Source: an uncultured bacterium
GTDB taxonomy: Bacteria > Krumholzibacteriota > Krumholzibacteriia > Krumholzibacteriales > Krumholzibacteriaceae
NCBI GenBank assembly: GCA_963786935.1
Contig: CAWBAN010000001.1
Location: 1,152,001-1,216,000, forward strand
DNA length: 64,000 bases
Direction of reading: 5' to 3'
Each line of letters starts with the position of its first letter. The first letter of the stretch is position 1. Under the pieces are notes generated by a model that saw only the letters and a program-made list of their open reading frames with translations, did no database searches and was not told where the DNA came from. Positions 31,543 to 40,911 of this stretch are shown piece after piece. The translations under genes and the position numbers were made by a program.

Positions 31543-32808
31543 TCATCTGATGACGATGATCTTCCCGTACTGTTCCGATCCATCGGCCGAATTCTCGCAG
31601 CGGTAGACATAGACGCCCGAGTTCACTTCCTGCCCGTTCTTGTTCTTCACGTTCCAGATAATGATCCCGTCATCCCCCGTCGGGCTGCTGTGGTGCGCTT
31701 CCCACACGAGATCCCCCGCCACCGTGTAGATCTTGATATCGGCTTCCTTCGGCACGTTGAAGAACTTGATGCTGTTGTCGGGATAGTTGTGATAGAAGGG
31801 ATGCGTCTCCGCGGTCGTTCCCGTGCGATAGGGATTCGGCACCGCGTACACGAGCTGCATATCGGTGCCCGCGTCGACGGTCACCGTGATGACCTTCGCG
31901 ACTTCCTCGCACGGAACCGGATTGTCCGGATCGGCGGGATTGGCGAGATCCTCGTCGCAGATAAAATTATCCTGCTTGTTGAACAGCGTCATGCCCTTGA
32001 AATAGCCGCGGTCGAAGCACGTCACGATGTAGTAGTAGGTGAACCCGGGGTACGCGTTGGCGTCCACGAACTCGAAGTACTCGCGTCCCTGCGCGTCCCG
32101 CTGGGGCCAATCGTGGAAATAGAGTGAATCGTATTCGACGCCGATGAACGCCGCGTCGCGCGAGAGCTCGGTGATGACGACCATGTGAGACGGCATCGGC
32201 GAAAGCCCCCGCCATACATGGAAACCCTCGAGCGTCTGCAAATCCACTTCGAACGAAGCGGGGCCGCCGCTGAACGTCGAATCGACGATCCCCGCGCTGA
32301 ACGCGAGGCTGATGCCGAGCTTGAGGGTGTCCCCCGTCGCGATGCCGATCAGATCGACCGGAATGGGCGTCCCCGGCGTGTACGACAAGCCGAGATTGAA
32401 AATCATGCTGTAGGTGTCGAAACGATCCCTCAATTCGGCGTACATCTTGATGGAGGGCTCCACGCCGATCGTGTCCACGGTGACCTTCGTGAGCACTTCC
32501 CGCCCGACCTTGAGGGTGCGATCGACGGTTCCCTCATACAGGCCGGTGATCGTGACCTGGGAGATGTTCGGATCCGGCCCCTGCCAGTTGGTCCAGTGCC
32601 GCGATCCCGTGATCGTCCCGACTCCCGGCGCCGGCGGATACCAACCGACGATGACATGGCTTCCATCTCTCCTCACGTAGACGGAATCGGGCGGCACAAT
32701 ATTCAGCATCATCGTATCCACGGCGCTCTGCGCCATCGCCTCGGCGCAGACGCCCGAGATGCCGATGAACGCCAACATAAGAATCATTCCCCGTCGAATC
32801 GGACTCAC
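31543..32808 (-). CDS. Secreted protein with T9SS-like C-terminal sorting domain
   Basis: Signal peptide, EGFHVWR...FVD...GFTYYYIVTCFD (Fn3-like), C-terminus VPNPY...IKIYTVAGDLV...SGVYVY...KIIVIR. Confidence 0.85.
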   Translation of the reverse strand: MSPIRRGMILMLAFIGISGVCAEAMAQSAVDTMMLNIVPPDSVYVRRDGSHVIVGWYPPAPGVGTITGSRHWTNWQGPDPNISQVTITGLYEGTVDRTLKVGREVLTKVTVDTIGVEPSIKMYAELRDRFDTYSMIFNLGLSYTPGTPIPVDLIGIATGDTLKLGISLAFSAGIVDSTFSGGPASFEVDLQTLEGFHVWRGLSPMPSHMVVITELSRDAAFIGVEYDSLYFHDWPQRDAQGREYFEFVDANAYPGFTYYYIVTCFDRGYFKGMTLFNKQDNFICDEDLANPADPDNPVPCEEVAKVITVTVDAGTDMQLVYAVPNPYRTGTTAETHPFYHNYPDNSIKFFNVPKEADIKIYTVAGDLVWEAHHSSPTGDDGIIIWNVKNKNGQEVNSGVYVYRCENSADGSEQYGKIIVIR

Positions 32809-32846
32809 CGTGCCTCCTTTTCAGTCTTGTGCAGCCGGACAGATAA

Positions 32847-35138
32847 TCACGGGATGTTCGAAATTCCCCATGCCCGGAAGATCGTGTTCAAGATCGTATT
32901 TTGCTGCGCCCGGTCGAAGAACCAGAGCTCGAATCCGAAATGAGCGCTCGGCGCCGCGACGGCGACCCCGGTCTGCACGTCGGGAACGACGCTCGCGTAC
33001 TTCGTGACCCAGAGCGCCACCGCGCCGTTGTGGAGCGCCGAATTCGTATTCTTCGCCTTCATCCGATACATCGGATGGAAGCACTGCTGGCTCGTCACGG
33101 TGTTGCGGTTCATCCAGTACGCCGGATCGTACACCTCGACGGGAGTGAACCCACCGGGGCGGGGAGAAGGCTCGTTCGGCGCGTAGTACCGGCCCGCAAT
33201 GAGAATATCCGACCAGAGGTTGAACTCGCTCGGCATGCCCGGAATGCTGTCATGCCACGCGTCGGTCGATCTGCTCAATCCGGGATACAGGCAATCGTAG
33301 TTGCGGATCCGCCGCATCGGCATGTCCGAATCGGTGCGGAAGGTCCCGTCGATCTTGTCGATCATCGTGACGCAGTAATCCTTGTACGGAAACGAATTGA
33401 CGCTGCTCGTATCGCCCTCGCACCCGTCGGAGTTGCCGAGGATCTCGCACTTGATGTTGAGCGGGAATCCCCGCGCCGCCTGCACCGCGGGAAGGATCGC
33501 CGCGAGACCGGCGGCCTTTTCGGACATACCCTCGGTGATCAGGTGCCCGCCTTTCGCGAGGAAGATCGAAAGGTAGTTGATCGGAATCGCCGACTGGCTG
33601 ATCATCGTCTCGGGCGTGAAGACGATGAGATTGTCGTAGCAGCTCGTGACGAGATCGGAGTTGAACGTCCAGATGATGTTCTTGTAACGGCCGATGAGGT
33701 TTATCTTGGGCGGCGCGGAGTTGTACCCGCCGTACACGGCGTCGTACACGTCACGCGCCGGATCGAAATCTCTCGTGCGCTGGCAGTGCGCGAGCCAGAG
33801 CCGGTCGTGTTCGTCCTCCCGCGGGAAGTTGTAGTCGATCTGCGTGAAATCGTTCGTCGACCGGAAATCGTCCACCCAGAGGAGATTCCGGTCCATCGTG
33901 AAGGGCACGACGCTGATCTCGATCTGCGCGAGCGTTTCCGCGCCCGAGTTGTCCACGCACCGGATGTAGAGCGTGTGCACACCGGAGTACCAGATCGCCT
34001 TGCAGTTGAGATTGTAGGGGCTGCAGTCCGTTTCCCAGTCGCTCGGATTGTTCAGATCCGCCACGTCCCATCCGAACTGGTAGCATACGATCTCCCCGCC
34101 GTACGCCGTCGCGTCCCCCCGCCACCGGAAATTGAGCTCGACTCCCGGCGGAAGATCGCGCTTCTCGCGCTTCTGGTTGCCCCCGGTGAACTGGAAACCT
34201 CCCAGGAACGGCTCGGTGACCGTGAGCAGCGGCGACGCCGTGACCGACACGATGAACTGCCGGATGTTCACGCCGCGCGTGAAGATCGCCGTCACCGCGC
34301 CCGCCTCGTCCTTCGCCTGCACGGCGAACACGTGCGAACGCCGCAGCTCGAGGATCTCCTCGTCCCCGAGCACCGTCGCGCGGCCGGAATCCCCCGGAGC
34401 GCGGTAGTAGATCCACGGGCTCCAGTCCTCTTCGTACCGCCAGGGATTCTCGTTGAGATCCCGGACGATGTCGTAATCGGGTTTGTAGCCGTAACCGGGA
34501 CTGTCGACGCGGTGGTACATATACCGGATCGAGTCCGGATCCTGCGTGTTGTCCGGCGAATCGATCGGATCGGTTCCCCGCCATTCGAATCTGATCACCT
34601 TGCCAAGCGAAACCGTCGCGTTCCTGTTGCTCGGCGGCCGCGGCATCGTGATCTCGACGAACGGGGCGAGCGTCCACGCGGTGAAGGACCGGTACACCGG
34701 TTCGGAACGTCTCCCCTCGAGGTCGATCGCGCGGATGAAGAAGGTATGAGCCTTGTCGTAGCGCGTGTACCAGCTTCCACCCATGAACGTGGAATCCGCC
34801 ATGGCCGTGTCATCCGCCGTCACCCGGAAGACGCTGTCGTGCAGGGACGTACGGGTCCATTTGTCGAGCCCGGTGGTGTCCTCATGGTTGAAGCCGAAGG
34901 GAAATCCGTCCACGACGACGAACTCGTACGAGCTCACCTCTCCGTCCGGATCCCATCCACCCCAGTAGAAATGCACCTGATATCCGGTCGTCGTGCCTTC
35001 GACGGGGCCGCTCGAAAGCCACACCTCGGGCGATTTGTTCTGATCGGCCAGCCCGATGAAGGTCTTCTCGCAGCCGAATACAAACGCGAGACCGGCTATC
35101 GTCGCGAGCGCCGCGTATGCGAGTAACGATCGCTTCAT
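32847..35138 (-). CDS. Large hypothetical lipoprotein (repeated beta-sandwich modules plus C-terminal alpha/beta domain)
   Basis: Lipobox-like VFGC. NKSPEVWLSSGP...YQVHFYWGGWDPDGEV. GGAGG/GGGAG upstream of ATG 35138. Confidence 0.8.
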   Translation of the reverse strand: MKRSLLAYAALATIAGLAFVFGCEKTFIGLADQNKSPEVWLSSGPVEGTTTGYQVHFYWGGWDPDGEVSSYEFVVVDGFPFGFNHEDTTGLDKWTRTSLHDSVFRVTADDTAMADSTFMGGSWYTRYDKAHTFFIRAIDLEGRRSEPVYRSFTAWTLAPFVEITMPRPPSNRNATVSLGKVIRFEWRGTDPIDSPDNTQDPDSIRYMYHRVDSPGYGYKPDYDIVRDLNENPWRYEEDWSPWIYYRAPGDSGRATVLGDEEILELRRSHVFAVQAKDEAGAVTAIFTRGVNIRQFIVSVTASPLLTVTEPFLGGFQFTGGNQKREKRDLPPGVELNFRWRGDATAYGGEIVCYQFGWDVADLNNPSDWETDCSPYNLNCKAIWYSGVHTLYIRCVDNSGAETLAQIEISVVPFTMDRNLLWVDDFRSTNDFTQIDYNFPREDEHDRLWLAHCQRTRDFDPARDVYDAVYGGYNSAPPKINLIGRYKNIIWTFNSDLVTSCYDNLIVFTPETMISQSAIPINYLSIFLAKGGHLITEGMSEKAAGLAAILPAVQAARGFPLNIKCEILGNSDGCEGDTSSVNSFPYKDYCVTMIDKIDGTFRTDSDMPMRRIRNYDCLYPGLSRSTDAWHDSIPGMPSEFNLWSDILIAGRYYAPNEPSPRPGGFTPVEVYDPAYWMNRNTVTSQQCFHPMYRMKAKNTNSALHNGAVALWVTKYASVVPDVQTGVAVAAPSAHFGFELWFFDRAQQNTILNTIFRAWGISNIP

Positions 35139-35193
35139 TAACTCCCTACCTCCTCCCATCCTTGACCTCAGGAGGGGATCCGGTTGTGCTCTC

Positions 35194-37197
35194 CTACTTG
35201 ACCAATTTCAGATACACGGATACTTGCCGCGTATCTCTCCGCGCGTAGTTTGCGAAATAATATTCGTTCTCGATCCAGTTGTTGCCCGGCAGCACGTTGC
35301 CGTCGGCGTCGAACTCGGGGCTGATGCCCCGGATGCCTTCCTTGAAGGACTGCGTATCCTTGTAATCGAGGCCGCTCACCGTGAGGGTTTGCAGGCCGAG
35401 AAACGCGGGCGGATGGGTGAGCAGCGAATCCAGAACCGCCAGATTATACTCGACGGATCCGGGCACCGCGGGTTTCCAGAAGGCCGTGGTGATATCGAAG
35501 GAGAGATCCTGCTCGAGGTAGTTGGGCGCCTTGTCGAACTGCCACTCCCCTTCCTTGTAGAAGATCCGGTCTTCCTCCGCGTCGAACTGGTAGTACCGCC
35601 AGCCCTTGATGGCGGAGCGCGGCGGATCCCGATGGTCGTCATGCCCCCCGGCCCGTATCGTATAGCGGTATGAGCGGGTGATCGTGCCGCGGGGTTCCGG
35701 GGAGGTCTTCACGTTGTACGGGCAGAGCGTATCCCCCCGGGCGATGATCTGGTTCGTGTTCCACCAGCCGATCACGATGGTATCGTTCCTCGTCGTGACG
35801 AATCGCCGGTCGGGCGGCGCGGGACTGACGCCTTGCCGTGTATAGAATCCGGTCCGGAGGCTGTCGATCTTCGGCGGGAAATTGCCGACGAAATGGATCT
35901 CCGCCGGCGTGCCGTCGGGCTTTTTCTGCTCGTCGAACGCGCGCACGAGGAACCGGTAGTTGAACGTTCCCACGCGCATGGTCGTCGAATCGCGATCCCG
36001 GTACGGATCGGAAACACCCGAACCAGGATTCGTGTCCTCGGCATTCTTGAGCGGGTACCACGGAGACAGCTTGTCGGCGACCCGGGCGCCGGTCTCGTCG
36101 ATCGACCAGCGGTTGTACTGGAACTGGAACTTGATCGGGACCGGCGGATCGAACTCGAGGTTCGCGCGATCCTTCGGATCGTCCCAACCCCAATAGACCA
36201 TACGGACGAGCGAGCTGTCCGGCAGCGTATCGGGAATGGCGTCGCGGAAATTGACGTCCATCTCCTGCCGGACGCCGTTCTGCGGCAAGAAGGACACGAC
36301 GCAGCGCTCGTCGAATCTCGTATCGGGGTCGTGATTCACGACGACGCGGCAAACGCCCACGCCCGTCACGAGATCCGATCGCGAGATGGCTCCCGCCTCG
36401 TCCCGGGCGATCCCCTTGAAATTGAAGATACCGCTCGGAATGACTTCGTTGCCCGAGTTGGTGAGCTCGACGCCCACGACCTCGGACTGATCGGCCGGAA
36501 CCCGCCAGTCGGGCGTTCCGTCTCCGTTATAATCGGGGTACACGTTGGAGCCGTAGCTCCACCGGTAACCGGTGATGACGTTGTTGACGGTCGTCGCCTG
36601 GAACTTGATGCTGAAGGGGACGAACATGCTGATCGTATCGAGCGCATTGGGATTATAAAGGACGTCACCCGAGCCGACGTTCGTCCAGAACGTGATGATG
36701 GGGACGCCTTTCACGCGCGCGAGGAACTGCAGCCGGGCGGGCGTCGGATCCATTTTCCCGCCGTCGTCGATCGCGACCACGTGGAACGCCTGCCGGTTGA
36801 TCGTCGCGCCCCTCGACTCGTCGAATCCGGTGAAGGTGATAACCGTGTCGGTCCGCGTCGTGAATCTTCCCCTCACGTAGTCCGATATTCTCGCCTCGGG
36901 ATTCCAGTCGAGCTCCTCCGAATCGGGATTCTCCTGGGGATCGAGCGTCACGAGCGTATCCGAGATGTACCACATGTATCGCGTGACGACGCCGTCGCCG
37001 TCGGTTCCGCGCCAATACATATGCACGCGGTAATCGGTCGCGGTCGTCTCCGCGGGAGAGCTCGTGAGCGTGGTTTCCGGAGCCTTGTTCCGGTCGAGCG
37101 GCGGCTCTTCCTTCCTGCATGCGGGGAGAATCATGAGGAGAGCGAGAGCTGCGGCCACAATTATCTCTATGGCACATCTAAACTTGACTCGTCCCAT
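35194..37197 (-). CDS. Large hypothetical lipoprotein, paralog of 32847..35138
   Basis: Lipobox LPAC. NKAPETTLTSSP...YRVHMYWRGTDGDGVV. Confidence 0.8.
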   Translation of the reverse strand: MGRVKFRCAIEIIVAAALALLMILPACRKEEPPLDRNKAPETTLTSSPAETTATDYRVHMYWRGTDGDGVVTRYMWYISDTLVTLDPQENPDSEELDWNPEARISDYVRGRFTTRTDTVITFTGFDESRGATINRQAFHVVAIDDGGKMDPTPARLQFLARVKGVPIITFWTNVGSGDVLYNPNALDTISMFVPFSIKFQATTVNNVITGYRWSYGSNVYPDYNGDGTPDWRVPADQSEVVGVELTNSGNEVIPSGIFNFKGIARDEAGAISRSDLVTGVGVCRVVVNHDPDTRFDERCVVSFLPQNGVRQEMDVNFRDAIPDTLPDSSLVRMVYWGWDDPKDRANLEFDPPVPIKFQFQYNRWSIDETGARVADKLSPWYPLKNAEDTNPGSGVSDPYRDRDSTTMRVGTFNYRFLVRAFDEQKKPDGTPAEIHFVGNFPPKIDSLRTGFYTRQGVSPAPPDRRFVTTRNDTIVIGWWNTNQIIARGDTLCPYNVKTSPEPRGTITRSYRYTIRAGGHDDHRDPPRSAIKGWRYYQFDAEEDRIFYKEGEWQFDKAPNYLEQDLSFDITTAFWKPAVPGSVEYNLAVLDSLLTHPPAFLGLQTLTVSGLDYKDTQSFKEGIRGISPEFDADGNVLPGNNWIENEYYFANYARRDTRQVSVYLKLVK

Positions 37198-37250
37198 TTT
37201 TCCCTTCTCTTTGCTGAATCTGACGCGCGTTTTACCCCAAACCTATATGT

Positions 37251-37278
37251 AATATAAGCTTTTGATTCGTCCTGTCAA
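37251..37278 (-). promoter_or_regulatory. sigma70-type promoter of the lipoprotein operon
   Basis: TTGACA-N16-TATATT. Confidence 0.6.
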
Positions 37279-37336
37279 TCAAAATTCCAAGGGGGCAATT
37301 GACGTCGCGGGGCGCTCTTACGGCCTTTCCGGCCGC

Positions 37337-37373
37337 AAAAAAAGAGGCCGGGAGGTTTGACCCTCCCGGCCTC
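37337..37373 (-). terminator. Rho-independent terminator
   Basis: 12-bp perfect stem GAGGCCGGGAGG/CCTCCCGGCCTC followed by T7. Confidence 0.92.
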
Positions 37374-37409
37374 GCAGAACTCTTCGTCAGATTCCGTCAA
37401 CGGCATGCG

Positions 37410-40400
37410 CTAGCGCAGCATGACCATCTTCTTGGTCTGGCTGAAGTTCTTCGTCTCCATCTTGTAGAAGTAGATACCGCTCGCCACTGCGCCACCACGG
37501 TCGTTCGTTCCGTTCCAGGTGATCGAGTGGGTCGTAGCATCCATTTCACCGTTCACGAGCGTCCGGACCAGCTGGCCCGCGACGTTGTAAACCTTCAACG
37601 ACACGAAGCCCTTATCCTTCAGGTCGAACTTGATCGTGGTCGACGGGTTGAAGGGGTTCGGGAAGTTCTGAGCCAGCTTCGTGGACTTCGGCGTCTCCGC
37701 CGGAGTGATGTTCGCATTGATGGTGTTCTGCATCCAACCGAACACGTCCTTCGCGAGCTCGAAACGGTCGGCCGGAACGCTAACCACGTCGTCGCGAACA
37801 TACTGGTAGCTGAATCCGAACCACATCGTGTTCACGTTGAATCCAGCGGGGTTCAGCGTCGAAGAGGCGATCGCCGCGTAGCGGTTGATCGAGCTCTTCA
37901 CCGGATAGTACGCCGCGTACTTGCCGTTCGCCGTCTTGTCGAGGACGTCGAACTGGTTGATGACGAAGCATCCGCCATACGCGAAGAACTTATCCGGAAC
38001 ACTCGAATGAATGAAGATACCGGCATCGACGTCGCCCGTGACGAGCGGGGTAACGGTCCCGCCGCCCGTGCGGCCGCCGGTCTCCTCGAAGTAGCTCGTC
38101 GCGACGAAGTCAACGCCGCACCAGGTGCTCATGAGGGTGAGCGCCGGGGTCGATGCGAGGCCGTCCAGATCGTAGGCAATGTCGTCGCCGCAGACCCAGA
38201 GACCGCACACGTGCTCGGACTGCTCGAACCAGTTGATGAGCATCGTGCAGTCGTTCGACTTGTCGCTGTTGACCGTACCGTCGGAGATCGTGACCGATTC
38301 GAGGTCTCCGCAATCCCACACGATCTTGTGGTACCAATCAACAAGCTGCTTCGTCTTCGCGCGGCTTCCCGGTCCGTTCGAAACGCCGGAAGTCGGGCCG
38401 TTCACGTCATACTTGTCCACGTTGTTGTTCGGCGGAGCAAGCACGGCGTCGAACACCGGCATCCAGTAGTTCTCGACGGAGCCGACGAACGATCCGCGGC
38501 CCGTGAAGTCGTCAACGAAGAGAACGTCGGAGTTCTTCGTCGGGAGGCACAGGAACTCGAGATACGGTCCCTGCGAGCGCGCCCAGCGCGGAAGGGCCGT
38601 TTCGATACCGGCCACGTCTGTCGCAGTGAAGTAGTATTCGATCTGATAGCCTCTCGTGAAGAGCTCGTCATTCAGGTCGACCATGTACCTGTCGCGCTGA
38701 ATGCCGCCACCGGTCCGGGCGGTGTCACACTGAATCTTCGTCCAGACACCGTTGTCGCTCACGTAGTTGAAGTTGATCGAGTACGGAGCCGAGGTCGGCC
38801 CGGTGATGATAGAGCCTGCGAGCGTGGCGCCCGCGAGCTGAGCCGGCTTCGCGAGGTCGGTGCCCACGTACGTGCACTTCACGTTGAGGTACACGGCCGG
38901 TCCACCGAACGTCGGGTCGGCAGCGATGCCGCCGCCGAGGAGCGACGTGGCGTCAACAACGATCGAGTCGCCCGGAGTAAGGATCGGGTCGTCGTTCGTG
39001 TTGATGTCGTTCGCCGCATCCGCGCGGACGTAGCTCTCGAGCTGGAACTCAGCGATCGGGAAGTTATCCTGGAAGATATCCAGGTCGCGGAAGCTCCACT
39101 GAGGACCGCTGGTCTTGAACCGGTACAGACGAACGTTGTCGATCCAGGGCGACGGCGTGTGAGCGGCGCAGTTGCCTTCCACGAGGTACCACACGTCGCA
39201 CATGTCGACGCAGCCCATACCGATCTGAACCGGGTCGTTGCTGCCGATAAGATCGCTGATCGTCTCGCTGCCATAGATGTAGTCCATGTCGGGGCCGTAG
39301 TAGACGAAGTTGCGATCTTGCCACTGACCCGGGCAACCGGCAATGATGCTCCGCACATGCCACTGGTAGAACACGAGGTTCGACAGCGGAATGTCACGGT
39401 AAACCGTGAAGCGGAGAACCAAGCCGCCGAGAAGCGAAAGGTCCCCAGCCGGAATCGTTCCGTTCTGGGTGTTGTTGCAGGCGGTCGAGTACTTCGTCAT
39501 GTCGATCACCGGCGATACGGCGATTTCGTTCTGGCACGGGGCGGCGATACCGCCGGGGCCGGCGCAGAACGGAGTGTCGTACAGGCCGGGATAGCTCGAG
39601 CTCGGGTTCGGCGAACCGAGGAAGTACACGAGCTGAGTGGCGAAGTTGTCGCCGCACGGATCCTTGTCGGTCAGGTTGTTCTTGAGACCGGCATAGGCGC
39701 CGTAGGCGTACTCGGGCGCGCCGATCCAGATACCGGCCGTCGTCGCGTTCAGGGCTATCGTTTCCATGTTCTGATAGTTGTTGAGCGCGCCGGCGTCCTG
39801 GAGACGGATCGCGTCTACGAGGAAGCCACCGTCGGTGTTGTAGAGGCCGTCCTGGTCGCTCCACGCACCGTCAGCGGTGAAGTGGAAGCGGATCTTCGTC
39901 CGCGCCTGCGTGAGCGGAAGGAAGATCGACGCGGTGTCGTTCTCGTACGTGCCGGTGTACTCGGCCACTTCCTGCCAGTTGCCGCCGCCGGCGTCGTACT
40001 CGACTCTCGTGAAATCGTAATCCGGCTCGGAATCGTTGGTGAAGAAATAGCTCAGCGTCAGCGACCCGACGAAGCTGAACGCCGCCGTGCCGAGCATCTG
40101 ATTCCATCCGTTGCCGTAGCCGGGAGCATCGTACCAGGAGCAAAGATACGGATCGGTCGTGCTCGGACGCGCGCCGCACCACATCGACTTCGTGCCCTCG
40201 AGCGGAACGAGCATGCCGTAGGCACCCCCGCCGAGCCCGGAGAAGTCGTCAACGTGGAAGTACGTGCCGCGCTGGGCCGTCTCATCCGACTTTGTCCATC
40301 CCTGCCAGTTCATCTGCTCGAACGTGTACCACACGAGGCAGTACGTATCCACGGCTGCTTCCTCATAGAGGCCGCGCAGACCCGGATCGAGAAGCTCCGA

Positions 40401-40529
40401 ATTGTTATCGAGCTCCGAAACGGCCTTTGCGGGACGCAGACCGGGATTCGCCACATCGCGTGCAGCGACCGAGCCGATGAGCAGGGCTACGAAGCAGACG
40501 CCTAGTAAGAGTACTAGTGCCTTTTTCAT
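37410..40529 (-). CDS. Secreted Cys-rich ~1,040-aa protein with FlgD/T9SS type-A-like C-terminal domain
   Basis: MKKALVLLL signal peptide. C-terminus QNFPNPFNPSTTIKF...VYNVAGQLVRTL...WNG...ASGIYFYKM...KKMVMLR. N-terminal MAM/jelly-roll-like segment (DSEPDYDF, IRFHFTADG..DGGFLVD). Confidence 0.9.
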   Translation of the reverse strand: MKKALVLLLGVCFVALLIGSVAARDVANPGLRPAKAVSELDNNSELLDPGLRGLYEEAAVDTYCLVWYTFEQMNWQGWTKSDETAQRGTYFHVDDFSGLGGGAYGMLVPLEGTKSMWCGARPSTTDPYLCSWYDAPGYGNGWNQMLGTAAFSFVGSLTLSYFFTNDSEPDYDFTRVEYDAGGGNWQEVAEYTGTYENDTASIFLPLTQARTKIRFHFTADGAWSDQDGLYNTDGGFLVDAIRLQDAGALNNYQNMETIALNATTAGIWIGAPEYAYGAYAGLKNNLTDKDPCGDNFATQLVYFLGSPNPSSSYPGLYDTPFCAGPGGIAAPCQNEIAVSPVIDMTKYSTACNNTQNGTIPAGDLSLLGGLVLRFTVYRDIPLSNLVFYQWHVRSIIAGCPGQWQDRNFVYYGPDMDYIYGSETISDLIGSNDPVQIGMGCVDMCDVWYLVEGNCAAHTPSPWIDNVRLYRFKTSGPQWSFRDLDIFQDNFPIAEFQLESYVRADAANDINTNDDPILTPGDSIVVDATSLLGGGIAADPTFGGPAVYLNVKCTYVGTDLAKPAQLAGATLAGSIITGPTSAPYSINFNYVSDNGVWTKIQCDTARTGGGIQRDRYMVDLNDELFTRGYQIEYYFTATDVAGIETALPRWARSQGPYLEFLCLPTKNSDVLFVDDFTGRGSFVGSVENYWMPVFDAVLAPPNNNVDKYDVNGPTSGVSNGPGSRAKTKQLVDWYHKIVWDCGDLESVTISDGTVNSDKSNDCTMLINWFEQSEHVCGLWVCGDDIAYDLDGLASTPALTLMSTWCGVDFVATSYFEETGGRTGGGTVTPLVTGDVDAGIFIHSSVPDKFFAYGGCFVINQFDVLDKTANGKYAAYYPVKSSINRYAAIASSTLNPAGFNVNTMWFGFSYQYVRDDVVSVPADRFELAKDVFGWMQNTINANITPAETPKSTKLAQNFPNPFNPSTTIKFDLKDKGFVSLKVYNVAGQLVRTLVNGEMDATTHSITWNGTNDRGGAVASGIYFYKMETKNFSQTKKMVMLR

Positions 40530-40808
40530 TCTTGTTTTCCCCCCATCGTTAAGAAAACAGCTTGAATCGACGCACAACGAATACTGGAATCTCGAAGAGC
40601 AAAGTGCTGAACCCCCTTTACATCGAATCTCTTTGTTCCCATCACCTCACTTTCCGCGATTCGACATGCGAAGCAGGGTGTCATCCGTTAGAGCTGCTAA
40701 ACTTTCTTTGTCGAGTAAGCCTGGCTCTCCAACGGCGGTGGGGGTTGTAACCCCGCTCGATAAAGGAGGCCGCCCTCTCGGGCAATCCTCCACTCTGCTT
40801 TCGAGACA
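40530..40808 (-). ncRNA. Long structured 5' leader (candidate cis-regulatory RNA)
   Basis: Lies between the promoter and the ATG. Nested complementary segments 40791-40803/40669-40680, GGAGG..GCCC-GAGA-GGGC..CCTCC, TCGAG..CTCGA, TCGAATC..GATTCGA. I could not assign a family. Confidence 0.45.
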
Positions 40809-40814
40809 GGTAGG

Positions 40815-40844
40815 ATTGTAGCATAGAATTCGAGAAAATGTCAA
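40815..40844 (-). promoter_or_regulatory. Near-consensus sigma70-type promoter
   Basis: TTGACA-N18-TACAAT with extended -10 TG. Confidence 0.75.
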
Positions 40845-40911
40845 GCGGGAATCTCGCCTCGAATGCGCGGGAAATCCAATAGTTAAGGCCGATGCGGATC
40901 GTTCGCCCGCG

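Noticed and set aside
40720..40800. c-di-GMP-I (GEMM) riboswitch call
   Set aside because: Only a partial resemblance; the conserved GCAAA motifs are absent. Kept as an unclassified leader.
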